A stretch of DNA of 64,000 bases from a bacterium. GTDB taxonomy: Bacteria > SM23-31. Positions 30,902-41,150 of this stretch are shown here, piece by piece. The translations under genes were made by a program, and so were the position numbers. The notes under the pieces were generated by a model that saw nothing but the letters and a program-made list of their open reading frames with translations, had not been told where the DNA came from and searched no databases. The stretch spans positions 2,464,001 through 2,528,000 of the forward strand of contig OZ252239.1 of assembly GCA_965249485.1 (NCBI GenBank), read 5' to 3'. How positions within the stretch are numbered: position 1 is the first letter of the stretch; every line of letters begins with the position of its first letter.

Positions 30902-31867
30902 TTATACTGCGGCTGTTTCTTTTTCAGCTTGTGCAATGTATCTTCCAACGACTTTTGCTATCGATCGGAGCTCTTTCATCATTTGAGTAAACTGCTCCGG
31001 TTTCAGTGACTGCGGTCCATCTGAAAGTGCTTTATCCGGATCATTATGAACTTCAACCATGATTCCATCAGCACCTGCAGCAATTGCCGCTCTCGCCATA
31101 GGAATTGCACTTACATCGAAGGTGTTCCGTGTATATTTTTCAAAAGTACGAATACCCCGCTTACACAGAATAACCCGGTCATTACCTCCGGAAAATATGT
31201 ATTCTGCGCTTAGAAGCCATTCCTCAATGGTAGCAGAAAGGCCACGTTTCAAAAAGACCGGTATGTTGGTGCTGCCGACGGCCTTCAGCATTGAGTAATT
31301 TTGCATGTTTCTGGCACCAATCTGCATGATGTCTGCATACTCGGAAATAAGCGATACCTGACTAAAATCCATTAGTTCCGTAACAATAAGAAGGTTATTC
31401 CTATCGGCTGCTTTCCTCATCATTTTTAGACCTTCTTCACCAAGACCCTGAAAGCTGTAGGGAGATGTACGGGGTTTAAATGCACCGCCGCGCAGCACTT
31501 TGACGCCGTTTTTAGCAAGAAGTGCAGCAATTTCTTCAATCTGGTCTACATTTTCAACAGAGCATGGTCCTGCCATTACTATTATTTCATTACCGCCGAT
31601 TTTAACACCCTGTAAATCGAAAACAGAGTTATCCGGATGAAAATGTCTGCCAACCCGTTTAAACGGTTCAGTAACACGCACAACTTCTTGGACGCCTTCC
31701 AGAATTTCGAATTCACGCATATCGATATCGCGTTTATCGCCAATAGCACCGAGCACGGTTTTCAATGAACCAGTCGATTTATGGATATCAAATCCTTTTG
31801 ATGTAAGGTGCGATACAACGTTTTCGATTTGACTTTCAGTGGCCTGATCGTCCATTACTACAATCAT
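30902..31867 (-). CDS. Second DAHP synthase I-beta copy with an in-frame ~26-aa deletion (DPSH motif lost); likely inactive
   Basis: KPRTSPYSFQG present; CERG changed to CKRG; SAIP joins directly to MARAAIAAGADG. Confidence 0.8.
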   Translation of the reverse strand: MIVVMDDQATESQIENVVSHLTSKGFDIHKSTGSLKTVLGAIGDKRDIDMREFEILEGVQEVVRVTEPFKRVGRHFHPDNSVFDLQGVKIGGNEIIVMAGPCSVENVDQIEEIAALLAKNGVKVLRGGAFKPRTSPYSFQGLGEEGLKMMRKAADRNNLLIVTELMDFSQVSLISEYADIMQIGARNMQNYSMLKAVGSTNIPVFLKRGLSATIEEWLLSAEYIFSGGNDRVILCKRGIRTFEKYTRNTFDVSAIPMARAAIAAGADGIMVEVHNDPDKALSDGPQSLKPEQFTQMMKELRSIAKVVGRYIAQAEKETAAV

Positions 31868-31889
31868 AATATTTTACTCCACCATTAAT

Positions 31890-32162
31890 TTATTCATGAT
31901 TTGAAATTTTACGTTCAATATGTCTTGATTCATCTATTATTCTCTCAAAAAGCGTTTTGATACTATTTTCATTTAAAGGGCCTTTGTTTTGAGCAGCTAA
32001 CCGTGCAAAAATAGCTTTTTCCCGCTCAGGAGAATAAATTGCCTTATTTTTCGATTTTTTTATCTTCCCAATTTCAATTGCACAAGCTGCCCGCTCATTG
32101 AGAAGCTGCAAAATTTGGTCATCAATAGCGTCGATTTTATTGCGCCAATCGTCAATAGTCAT
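31890..32162 (-). CDS. Chorismate mutase (type II)
   Basis: RNKIDAIDDQILQLLNER, IGKIK, ERE. Confidence 0.93.
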   Translation of the reverse strand: MTIDDWRNKIDAIDDQILQLLNERAACAIEIGKIKKSKNKAIYSPEREKAIFARLAAQNKGPLNENSIKTLFERIIDESRHIERKISNHE

Positions 32163-32170
32163 GTTACCTC

Positions 32171-32971
32171 TCACTTTTCTGATATACTTGTGCTTATATC
32201 TTTAGCAAAATCACGGACACGCTCCGCTAGGTTGTCGCATCCGGCATTTTGTCGTAACAAATTGATCAATGCACTTCCTACAACAACACCGTCGCTGAAT
32301 TTGGAAATTTTCCGAGCATCTTCACTGTTGCTTACCCCAAACCCGACCATAACCGGTTTTTTAATGGTTTTTCTGACGTTTTTAAGATAGTTTCCTATCT
32401 GAGAGAATAGTTGTGTGCGTGCTCCGGTCACACCTGCCACCGATACACAATATACAAAATCATCGGATAATTTCTCAATTCTTTTCATCCGTTTTTCTGA
32501 TGTCAGCGGGGAAACAAGGAATACCATACGGAGATTTTCTCTGTGTGCACTTTTAACAAACTGATCTGCTTCTTCAAGAGGTAAATCTGGTATCAATAAA
32601 CCGTCACCACCATGCGCAGACAGTTTTCGCATAAATGACTCAATACCGATATGCATCACGATATTTGTGTAGGTGAAAACGATGAGAGGAATTTCGCTTT
32701 TGACACGGATATTTTTGATATAATCGAATACAACATTCGGAGTTACACCATTTTCTATCGCCTGATGTGACGATGTCTGTATTGTTGGTCCATCCGCAAG
32801 CGGATCCGAAAATGGCATGCCTAGTTCGACTATTGAAACACCACCCGATTCAAGTGCCCATACAAGCTCAGGTGTGTTCTCAATATTAGGATACCCCGCC
32901 GTCAGAAAGGGGATGAAAGCTTTCTGTCCCTGATTCTTGAGAAGATCGATTTTTTTAGATATTCTATTCAA
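32171..32971 (-). CDS. trpA: Tryptophan synthase alpha chain
   Basis: ELGMPFSDPLADGPTIQ, GVTG, VGFG, VVGSA. Confidence 0.97.
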   Translation of the reverse strand: MNRISKKIDLLKNQGQKAFIPFLTAGYPNIENTPELVWALESGGVSIVELGMPFSDPLADGPTIQTSSHQAIENGVTPNVVFDYIKNIRVKSEIPLIVFTYTNIVMHIGIESFMRKLSAHGGDGLLIPDLPLEEADQFVKSAHRENLRMVFLVSPLTSEKRMKRIEKLSDDFVYCVSVAGVTGARTQLFSQIGNYLKNVRKTIKKPVMVGFGVSNSEDARKISKFSDGVVVGSALINLLRQNAGCDNLAERVRDFAKDISTSISEK

Positions 32972-32987
32972 GATTCTTTAGACCTTG

Positions 32988-34184
32988 CTATTTAGTGTTT
33001 AAGTATTCTGTAACAATATCCATATCTTTATCACCACGACCCGATAGATTGATAATGATAGACTCACTTCGGGGGAGAGATGGGACAATTTTAATTGCTG
33101 CAGCTACTGCATGAGCACTTTCGAGTGCCGGAATGATTCCCTCTTTTTGTGTTAGGAGCTCAAATGCCTCCATAGCTTCTTTATCTGTTACAGCAACATA
33201 TGTTACTCTTTTCGAATCTTTTAGGAAACTGTGTTCAGGACCGACACCGGGATAATCAAGTCCCGCAGATATAGAGTGGGCAATTTTAATTTGACCGTAT
33301 TGATTCTGCAAGACATAACTTTTTGAGCCATGTAGAACTCCCGGAGAACCTTTTGACAGAGTTGCAGAATGGTGTTCTGTGCCAAGTCCTGAACCGGCAG
33401 CTTCGACACCAATCATTTTTATTTCGCTTGACCGGATAAAAGGATAAAACAGGCCGATTGAATTGCTGCCACCCCCTACGGATGCAAAAAGATGGGATAC
33501 GTTTGTGAGACCGAGTTTCCTAATCTGGCGTTTCGTTTCATTCCCGATAACAGTCTGAAAATTCCGGACAATCTTTGGGTAGGGGTGAGGACCAACCGTT
33601 GATCCGATACAGTAATAAGTGCTCTCGGCATTGGTGACCCAGTCGCGAATCGCTTCTGAGGTAGCATCTTTCAATGTTTTTGAACCGGATGACACACACC
33701 GCACTTCAGCACCCAGAAGTTTCATCTTAAACACATTGAGACTCTGCCGTTTCATATCCTCTTCGCCCATGTAAACAATACAATTTTTTTCAAACTTTGC
33801 TGCAACGGTGGCCGTAGCCAATCCGTGCTGTCCGGCACCGGTTTCGGCGATGATCCGGTCTTTTTTCATATAGTCTGCCAGAAGAATCTGACCAATTGTG
33901 TTGTTTATTTTATGGGCTCCGGTATGGAGGAGGTCTTCCCGTTTCAGATAAATGTTGGCTCCGTTAAGTTCCTTGGTTAACTGATCTGCATAATAAAGTG
34001 GTGTCGGGCGTCCGGCAAACTGCGTGAGATAATAATCAATTTTATCTTTTTGCGACCGATCTTTGATAAACAATGTATAGGCACTTTCAAGTTCTTCAAG
34101 AACACTGATGAGTGTCTCGGGAACGAACCGTCCTCCAAAATCACCAAAATATCCTTTACTGTTAGGCAGCATTATGTTCCTCAT
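32988..34184 (-). CDS. trpB: Tryptophan synthase beta chain
   Basis: [34 protein letters not shown]. Confidence 0.98.
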   Translation of the reverse strand: MRNIMLPNSKGYFGDFGGRFVPETLISVLEELESAYTLFIKDRSQKDKIDYYLTQFAGRPTPLYYADQLTKELNGANIYLKREDLLHTGAHKINNTIGQILLADYMKKDRIIAETGAGQHGLATATVAAKFEKNCIVYMGEEDMKRQSLNVFKMKLLGAEVRCVSSGSKTLKDATSEAIRDWVTNAESTYYCIGSTVGPHPYPKIVRNFQTVIGNETKRQIRKLGLTNVSHLFASVGGGSNSIGLFYPFIRSSEIKMIGVEAAGSGLGTEHHSATLSKGSPGVLHGSKSYVLQNQYGQIKIAHSISAGLDYPGVGPEHSFLKDSKRVTYVAVTDKEAMEAFELLTQKEGIIPALESAHAVAAAIKIVPSLPRSESIIINLSGRGDKDMDIVTEYLNTK

Positions 34185-34194
34185 ATTGTATCAA

Positions 34195-34815
34195 TCATAC
34201 TGCAGCACATGCTACAATAAACCTTTTTATTTTCTGACTGTCTTTTCGCCCGGGGGCTGATTCAACTGCAGAAGAAACATCAACCATGTACGGATTAACA
34301 TTCCGCACTGCTTCAGCAACATTATGCTCATTGAGCCCACCAGCAAGTATGATCGGATGCGTTCTGGGCACTTCTTGGAGAATACTCCAATCAAAAGATT
34401 TCCCCGAACCGCCGTATACGTTTCGCACTTTTGTGTCGAATAAAAACATGGCACAGTCTTCGAAATTGTTGATTTGTAAAACGTCAAAAGTGTCATCGAC
34501 TCGAAAGGCTTTAATAGCTTTTTCTTTCAATTGGTTACAACGTTCAGGAGGCTCATCTCCATGAAATTGAAAATAGTCGAGAAAATTCATCTCGGACAAT
34601 TTATTTAAAAAACTTTCTTTCGCATTGACGACTACACCAATTTTTGTAATTTTATCGGGTAATGTAGCACAAATTGCGTCTGCTTCAGAAGGGCTGATTG
34701 AACGAGGACTCTTTTCATAAAACACAAATCCGAGCGCATGAGCACCGTGCAAAACTGCCATTTCAGCATCTGTTTTGTTCGTAATTCCGCAAATTTTAAC
34801 ACGTGTTTGTTGCAT
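34195..34815 (-). CDS. trpF: Phosphoribosylanthranilate isomerase
   Basis: VKICGIT, QFHGDE, GGSG, LAGGL, DVSSAVE. Confidence 0.96.
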   Translation of the reverse strand: MQQTRVKICGITNKTDAEMAVLHGAHALGFVFYEKSPRSISPSEADAICATLPDKITKIGVVVNAKESFLNKLSEMNFLDYFQFHGDEPPERCNQLKEKAIKAFRVDDTFDVLQINNFEDCAMFLFDTKVRNVYGGSGKSFDWSILQEVPRTHPIILAGGLNEHNVAEAVRNVNPYMVDVSSAVESAPGRKDSQKIKRFIVACAAV

Positions 34816-35599
34816 CGTTTTCTCTAAATCCAAGTATGAGTGATTCCAATTGCTGACCAGGATTTTCCGATCTCATTAAAGCTTCTCCGATAAGAAAGCC
34901 ATCATACCCTGCTTTATCGAGTTCAAGTAGTTGTTCTGCGTTATCTAGTGCACTCTCGCTGATTTTAATGCTCGAAGAGGGGAGAGAGTTGTATAACCGG
35001 AAACTGTTGTCAATAGTCTGTTCAAACGTATGAAGATTTCTATTATTGACACCGACGATATCAGGGACAAGATCATTCAGTTTAGCAATATCTTCCTCAT
35101 TTTCTGTCTCAATCAATACTTCAAGCCTATTTGCATGTGCACATTCTATTAATTCGGATAATTGGTCTTTGCTTAGACAATTTGAAATCAAGAGGATTGC
35201 ATCCGCGCCGTAATACCTCGACTCGACTACTTGATATGGATCAATAATAAAATCCTTTCTCAAGATCGGAATACTTACTGATTGCTTAATTTTTTGTAAG
35301 TCGAGCAGATTACCCCCAAAAAACTTAGTGTCAGTAAGTACCGAAATTCCTGACGCTCCCGATTGCTCATATGATTTGGCTAATAATTCCGGATTAGTGA
35401 TGGTTCTCAACTCACCCTTAGATGGAGATTTGCGCTTGATCTCTGCTATTATTGCAGGCCTGTTTGCATTGATAGAATCTTTTAATGAAATTGGAGTTTT
35501 ACCAGAATCGGATTCTTGGAAATATGACAATGTACGATTCTTCTTAGCCTGCTCAATTTCAGATCGCTTATTTTGTATTATTTTATCCAGATAACTCAT
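34796..35599 (-). CDS. trpC: Indole-3-glycerol phosphate synthase
   Basis: IAEIKRKSPSKG, ISVLTD, LRKDFI, GVNNRNL. Confidence 0.97.
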   Translation of the reverse strand: MSYLDKIIQNKRSEIEQAKKNRTLSYFQESDSGKTPISLKDSINANRPAIIAEIKRKSPSKGELRTITNPELLAKSYEQSGASGISVLTDTKFFGGNLLDLQKIKQSVSIPILRKDFIIDPYQVVESRYYGADAILLISNCLSKDQLSELIECAHANRLEVLIETENEEDIAKLNDLVPDIVGVNNRNLHTFEQTIDNSFRLYNSLPSSSIKISESALDNAEQLLELDKAGYDGFLIGEALMRSENPGQQLESLILGFRENDATNTC

Positions 35600-35608
35600 G
35601 AATTAGTA

Positions 35609-36622
35609 TTAGCGTGAGTTTGACATTTGTATTAATTGTTCGAGTTTCTCCATTGCCTTTCCTTTGTCGAGTGACTTGGCCGCTAATTCCATTCCTTTTT
35701 GAATGGAAAACGAATCATCCGATGACGCAATAGCGAATCCGGCATTGAGAACTACTATGTCACGATGCGTACCCTTTTTCCCGTTTAATAGTTCAAGTGC
35801 TATTTTTTTATTGTCTTCAATGTCACCACCGACTACTTCGGTTATCGGTCTTCTTTTGATTCCAAAATCTTCGGGAACAACGGCGTAGCTCGAAATTTTT
35901 CCTTGTGACAGCTCTGTAATGTCGGTAGTACCAGAGATTGAGATCTCGTCTAATCCTTCTTCTCCGTGGACTACAAAAACCTTTTCGGAGCCAAGCTTAT
36001 TTAATACCGCAGCAATTTGTTCACGCAATGCCCCGTCAAACACACCGATTACCTGTCGCTTTACTCCTGCAGGATTAGTCATAGGACCTAAAATGTTAAA
36101 AAATGTTCTCAGTCCAATCTCTTTCCTTGGTCCGACAGCATGCTTGATTGCCTGGTGAAGTTTCGGTGCAAAAAGAAATCCGATCCCAATTTTTTCAATG
36201 CACTCTTCAACTTTTTTGGGATCAGCATCAATGTTTATACCAAGTGCTAAAAGTAGATCAGCACTACCACATTTGCTTGAGACCGATCTGTTGCCGTGTT
36301 TTGCAACAGTCGCACCCGCACCTGCAGCAACAAGCGCACTTAATGTCGATACATTCAGTGTATGCTGTAAATCTCCTCCGGTACCACACGTGTCGATTGC
36401 ATTATTGCTGGAAATAGAGATAGGAATAACGTTATTGCGCATTGTTTGAGTAAATCCGGCAATTTCATCTATTGTTTCACCTTTCATCTTGCAAGCTATA
36501 ATAAAAGCGCCAATCTGTGCAGGAGTTGCATTACCATCCATGATGATTTGCAATGCTTCCTGTGCTTCCTGTTGAGTAAGATCGTTTGATTCAACAACTT
36601 TTGCGATATAGTCTTTTAGCAT
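35609..36622 (-). CDS. trpD: Anthranilate phosphoribosyltransferase
   Basis: DTCGTGGD, NVST, KHGNRSVSSKCGSAD, GLDEIS. Confidence 0.97.
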   Translation of the reverse strand: MLKDYIAKVVESNDLTQQEAQEALQIIMDGNATPAQIGAFIIACKMKGETIDEIAGFTQTMRNNVIPISISSNNAIDTCGTGGDLQHTLNVSTLSALVAAGAGATVAKHGNRSVSSKCGSADLLLALGINIDADPKKVEECIEKIGIGFLFAPKLHQAIKHAVGPRKEIGLRTFFNILGPMTNPAGVKRQVIGVFDGALREQIAAVLNKLGSEKVFVVHGEEGLDEISISGTTDITELSQGKISSYAVVPEDFGIKRRPITEVVGGDIEDNKKIALELLNGKKGTHRDIVVLNAGFAIASSDDSFSIQKGMELAAKSLDKGKAMEKLEQLIQMSNSR

Positions 36623-36677
36623 ACCAGCACCTACGGTTTAGTCATTGTAAAACAATAAAATAATTTAAACAGCTAAA

Positions 36678-37247
36678 TCAATGCTTTAAGAGAAGAAAAT
36701 TAAGTAACAGTCGTTTTCCTTCAGTAGTGAGAATAGACTCAGGGTGAAATTGTACTCCTTCAACAGGGTGTTCTTTATGGCGAATTCCCATAATTATACC
36801 GTCATCCGTTTCTGCGGAAATAGTAAGACAATCGGGTAATGATTTACGATCAACAATCAACGAGTGGTACCGTGTTGCTGTTAACGGATTTTCAATTCCT
36901 TTAAAAATAGATTCAGAATCGTGAAAAATCTGAGACGTTTTACCATGGACCAGTGACGATGCACGGACAACGTCTCCTCCAAATACCTCTCCGATTACCT
37001 GATGGCCGAGGCAAACTCCGAGAATCGGGATGGTTTGGTGGAAATGGGAAATAACTTCCGGACAAATTCCGCTATTTTCCGGCCGACCGGGCCCAGGTGA
37101 AATTATAATCTTTTCAGGGTTCATTTTTTCTATATCATCTACTGTAGTCTCATCATTCCGGTACACAACGACATGAGAACCGGATTCGCCGACATATTGG
37201 ACAAGGTTATACGTAAACGAATCGTAATTGTCAATTACCACTATCAT
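36678..37247 (-). CDS. trpG: Anthranilate synthase component II
   Basis: [28 protein letters not shown]. Confidence 0.96.
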   Translation of the reverse strand: MIVVIDNYDSFTYNLVQYVGESGSHVVVYRNDETTVDDIEKMNPEKIIISPGPGRPENSGICPEVISHFHQTIPILGVCLGHQVIGEVFGGDVVRASSLVHGKTSQIFHDSESIFKGIENPLTATRYHSLIVDRKSLPDCLTISAETDDGIIMGIRHKEHPVEGVQFHPESILTTEGKRLLLNFLLLKH

Positions 37248-38724
37248 AGATCTTGCCTTCTGCAGAAGCTACTGCTTTGATAAGTGCCTGCGCTTTGTGA
37301 AGTGTTTCGAAATATTCATTTTCAGGTACTGAGTCTGCAACAATTCCTGCACCTGCCTGAATGTAAGCTCTTTTGTCTTTAATGAATAGTGTGCGTATGG
37401 CAATGCAGGTGTCGATATTATCGTGAAAATCTATATATCCAACCGCACCAGCATATATTCCACGTCGCGTCGGTTCAAGCTCATCGATAATTTCCATTGC
37501 TCTGATTTTTGGTGCACCAGAAACCGTTCCGGCTGGAAATGTTCCCCGAAGAACATCAAAACTGTCTTGCGATTGTTCTAATTGCCCTGTTACTTCGGAC
37601 ACGATATGCATAACATGTGAATATCTCTCAATTCCCATAAATTCAGGTATACTAATGGAGCCGAATTTGCAAAATCTGCCGAGATCATTTCTTCCGAGAT
37701 CGACGAGCATGACATGTTCAGCCCGTTCTTTCTCATCATTCAGCAATTCTTCAGCATTTTTGTTATCCTCAATGTGTGAGAGTCCGCGCGGTCTTGTTCC
37801 GGCAAGCGGCCTCGTTGTCACAAGTCCGTCGATACATTTAACTAATACTTCCGGTGATGATCCGGTAACAACCAATCCGTTTATGTCAATATAAAACATA
37901 TATGGTGATGGATTTGTGCTCCGCAATCGCCGGTATGTATCAAAACTGTCGCGGTGAAGTGGAGCAGAGAATTGTTGAGAAAGAACAACCTGAAAAATGT
38001 CACCCTGTGCAATATATTCTTTTGCATTTTCAATGTTCTTCTCAAAATTGTCCTTTGTCATGTTGGATACAATTTCGAGTGTTCCATTAGTATTTGTAGC
38101 TAGATCATCGTAGCTGTATTCAAGAGGTTTTTTGAGTAAGTCTGCTATTTCATTGATTTTTTTACATCCAGCAACATATTCTATTTTTAAACCCTCACCG
38201 CATTTAATAATTGTTACAATTTTAATGTTGTGATGATAATGATCGTACACTATTACCGTATCAACAAGTAATAAACTATAGTGGTCAAGCTCAAATTCTG
38301 ATTTGTTTTTGTCAGGAATCGATTCAAAAAACCGAACGGAATCATAGTTGAATAAACCAACAAGACCGCCGATAAATGGAGGCAGGTCCGAATCTTTTTG
38401 AATTGAATATTCTCCTAACAGTGATCTAAGTGCCGCAATGGAATTTCCGGGTATTATGCGATGATTACCATTTTCCTCGATAGTAGTCGAATCTGCTGTA
38501 CAGCGGATAACATTTTTCGGTGCAAATCCTATAAATGAATATCGTCCACTTGATCCGCTCTGCAATGCGCTTTCAAGAAGAAAGGAGTAGGGTGATTGAT
38601 AACGGATCTTTTGGTATAAGCTGACCGGAGTATCGAAATCACCACTCATTTCATATATAAGTGGAATGTGAGAGTAGCCTTCACCGAGAGCTGCGCACTC
38701 TTCATATGTTTGTTTTATCGGCAT
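37231..38724 (-). CDS. trpE: Anthranilate synthase component I
   Basis: [42 protein letters not shown]. Confidence 0.97.
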   Translation of the reverse strand: MPIKQTYEECAALGEGYSHIPLIYEMSGDFDTPVSLYQKIRYQSPYSFLLESALQSGSSGRYSFIGFAPKNVIRCTADSTTIEENGNHRIIPGNSIAALRSLLGEYSIQKDSDLPPFIGGLVGLFNYDSVRFFESIPDKNKSEFELDHYSLLLVDTVIVYDHYHHNIKIVTIIKCGEGLKIEYVAGCKKINEIADLLKKPLEYSYDDLATNTNGTLEIVSNMTKDNFEKNIENAKEYIAQGDIFQVVLSQQFSAPLHRDSFDTYRRLRSTNPSPYMFYIDINGLVVTGSSPEVLVKCIDGLVTTRPLAGTRPRGLSHIEDNKNAEELLNDEKERAEHVMLVDLGRNDLGRFCKFGSISIPEFMGIERYSHVMHIVSEVTGQLEQSQDSFDVLRGTFPAGTVSGAPKIRAMEIIDELEPTRRGIYAGAVGYIDFHDNIDTCIAIRTLFIKDKRAYIQAGAGIVADSVPENEYFETLHKAQALIKAVASAEGKIYDSGN

Positions 38725-38751
38725 GGTACTTTTCGCATGTGGTTATGAATT

Positions 38752-38790
38752 AAAACAAAAAGCCGCGAAACATGAGCGGTTCCGCGGCTT
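38752..38790 (-). terminator. Attenuator terminator upstream of trpE
   Basis: AAGCCGCGGAAC-CGCTCAT-GTTTCGCGGCTT followed by TTTGTTTT. Confidence 0.88.
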
Positions 38791-38818
38791 AAATAATTGA
38801 TTTTTATTATAGTTAGAG

Positions 38819-38896
38819 TCAATCATGTAAAAACAGCGGAATATCCCCTCCGTAAAACCAATACCACCAATAATATGTTGCGCTGTTTTTATTCAT
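38819..38896 (-). CDS. trpL: Attenuator leader peptide MNKNSATYYWWYWFYGGDIPLFLHD (25 aa)
   Basis: Translated by hand; eight consecutive aromatic codons; lies between the promoter and the terminator upstream of trpE. Confidence 0.88.
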   Translation of the reverse strand: MNKNSATYYWWYWFYGGDIPLFLHD

Positions 38897-38926
38897 TATG
38901 ACTCAATAATTTTGATAAGCGTTTTG

Positions 38927-38955
38927 AAAGTACGAAAATATGATTAGCGTGTCAA
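38927..38955 (-). promoter_or_regulatory. sigma70 promoter of the aromatic supraoperon
   Basis: TTGACA-N17-TACTTT about 30 nt upstream of the leader ATG. Confidence 0.75.
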
Positions 38956-39108
38956 GAAAAAAGTTGCATGTTTTTGGTTTAATCATTACAATACAACAGG
39001 ATTTATACAAGTAATAATTGTACATTTATTCTCCCACTTGAGTAGTATCATGTCTGGTATAATCGCATTCATTGTACAGGAAGAGAAAGTGTAGTATATC
39101 TGCATATG

Positions 39109-39135
39109 AAATCCCTCATCACGAGGGATTTTTTT
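39109..39135 (+). terminator. Intrinsic terminator-like hairpin in the trpL-mutL divergent intergenic region
   Basis: AAATCCCTC-ATCAC-GAGGGATTT-TTTT. Confidence 0.6.
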
Positions 39136-39204
39136 AGTTCATTATTGAAATTCAGCCTTTATAATTATAACGATTAATCTGTAATTTTTGTTAAATTGGT
39201 GAAC

Positions 39205-40977
39205 ATGAATCATATAAAGCAGCTACCGCCAACAGTAACGAATAAAATTGCTGCAGGGGAAGTGATTGACCGTCCTGCTGCGGTCGTAAAGGAATTAATG
39301 GAAAACGCCCTGGATGCAGGTGGGAAACATATTGAGATACATATAGTAGAAGGCGGTAAAGAAAAAATCCTTATTATAGATGACGGGCAGGGTATAGGAA
39401 TTGAAGATGCTGCAATTGCATTTGAGCGGTTTTCTACCAGTAAAATTGATTCATTTGAAGATTTAGAACGTCTCTCTTCGTTCGGATTCAGAGGTGAAGC
39501 TTTGGCAAGTATTGCCGCCGTATCAATAATTGAATTGAAAACAAAGACTGCCGATGTAGATGAAGGTACGTTTATGAGAATAGAAGGAGGCACTATTGTC
39601 AATTCAAAAGAGATTTCCTGGAATAAAGGCACCTCTATTGCCGTCAATAATATCTTTTATAATACACCGGCTCGAAGGAAATTTCAGAAAAATGCGTTGA
39701 GTGAGACTCGCCAGACTTATAGAGTATTTCGCAGTTATGCCCTCGCCAATCCGGATGTCGCATTTAAGTTGAACAGTAACGGCAAGCTGGTCTGGAACTT
39801 ACAACAATCAGAACTCTCAACCCGGATTTCCGACCTTTTTGATGCAAACATTCAACAATATCTTGTTGAGGTGAACGGTCATAGCGATCTTTTTTCACTC
39901 CATGGCTATATCAGTATTCCTGAACTAACGAGAAGTACCCGTAATGATCAGTATCTTTTCTTAAATCGAAGATATATCAAAAACAGATCTGTTGAGCATG
40001 CTGTTTATCAGGGATATGGGGAAACATTAAGCCATAGCCATGGCCATCCGATTTATATCCTGATGCTCACGGTTCCTCCGGATAGAATTGATGTCAATAT
40101 TCACCCCACAAAACTTGAAGCACGGTTTCAGGATGAGCGGGAAATACACAGATTTATTGCCAATTCGGTTAAAAATACTCTTGGGTTCACCGGCACAGGA
40201 GTGATGAAACCGCTCGCCACTACTTATCACCATGCATCCATATCCGGAAGCGGGCCGATGTCGCAAAGTAAAGCTGATATGCAGGAATCTGCAGCTATTC
40301 CGTTCAAAAATAATTTATTCATAAGTACAAAAGAGCAGTTGGAATCTACTCATTCTCCTCCGACTAATATCGTTGAATCAAAGGTAGGTGACGATAGCAA
40401 AGAAATCAATATCGACCCTGAGAAAGTCTGGCAAGTACATCAATGCTTTATTTTTTCACAAGTAAAAAACGGCCTGGTTATTATTGACCAGCATACTGCT
40501 CATGAGAGGATTCTCTATGAAAAGGCGCTTCGGATGCTCAATGAAGGAGAAAAGCCGTCACAACAACTACTATTCCCTCAGACTGTACAGTTTAACAAAG
40601 ATGAAATGATTGTATTAACCGAACTAATTTCGCTTCTGGAGAAGCTAGGATTTGACATCAGGTTATTCGGTAGTGATACGGCTGTAATTGAATCTGTTCC
40701 GCTCAATATAAAAATGGGCAGAGAAGTTGAATCTCTCCAAAAAATTCTTGACGAATACCAAAAAGACGAATATAAAGATCTGGACATACATGATAGAGTA
40801 GCCCAGTCGTATGCGTGCCGATCAGCAATTATGAAAGGCGATAAATTAACTTCTGAAGAAATGTATAGGTTGATTGATGATCTTTTTGCTACGCAGTTCC
40901 CGTATTACTGTCCGCACGGCAGGCCTACTATCGTCGATCTAAGTTTAAAAGAGCTTAATTCCAGATTTTTTCGCTAA
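39205..40977 (+). CDS. mutL: DNA mismatch repair endonuclease MutL
   Basis: IAAGEVIDRP, GFRGEALASI, DVNIHPTK, DQHTAHERILYE, CPHGRP. Confidence 0.97.
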   Translation: MNHIKQLPPTVTNKIAAGEVIDRPAAVVKELMENALDAGGKHIEIHIVEGGKEKILIIDDGQGIGIEDAAIAFERFSTSKIDSFEDLERLSSFGFRGEALASIAAVSIIELKTKTADVDEGTFMRIEGGTIVNSKEISWNKGTSIAVNNIFYNTPARRKFQKNALSETRQTYRVFRSYALANPDVAFKLNSNGKLVWNLQQSELSTRISDLFDANIQQYLVEVNGHSDLFSLHGYISIPELTRSTRNDQYLFLNRRYIKNRSVEHAVYQGYGETLSHSHGHPIYILMLTVPPDRIDVNIHPTKLEARFQDEREIHRFIANSVKNTLGFTGTGVMKPLATTYHHASISGSGPMSQSKADMQESAAIPFKNNLFISTKEQLESTHSPPTNIVESKVGDDSKEINIDPEKVWQVHQCFIFSQVKNGLVIIDQHTAHERILYEKALRMLNEGEKPSQQLLFPQTVQFNKDEMIVLTELISLLEKLGFDIRLFGSDTAVIESVPLNIKMGREVESLQKILDEYQKDEYKDLDIHDRVAQSYACRSAIMKGDKLTSEEMYRLIDDLFATQFPYYCPHGRPTIVDLSLKELNSRFFR

Positions 40978-41150
40978 AATTTCGGGTGTTGAATTTATGA
41001 GTATTTCAGCATGAGATTTCGGCTTGCATTTCAAATGGGTTATTGCTACATTGCTTGTTAATATTGCACGATCCACTGACCTTTCAATTTCAAATCTATA
41101 GATATTTATAACCAAAAACCAGCAAATCCTAAGAGTTATTGGAGGAAGAT

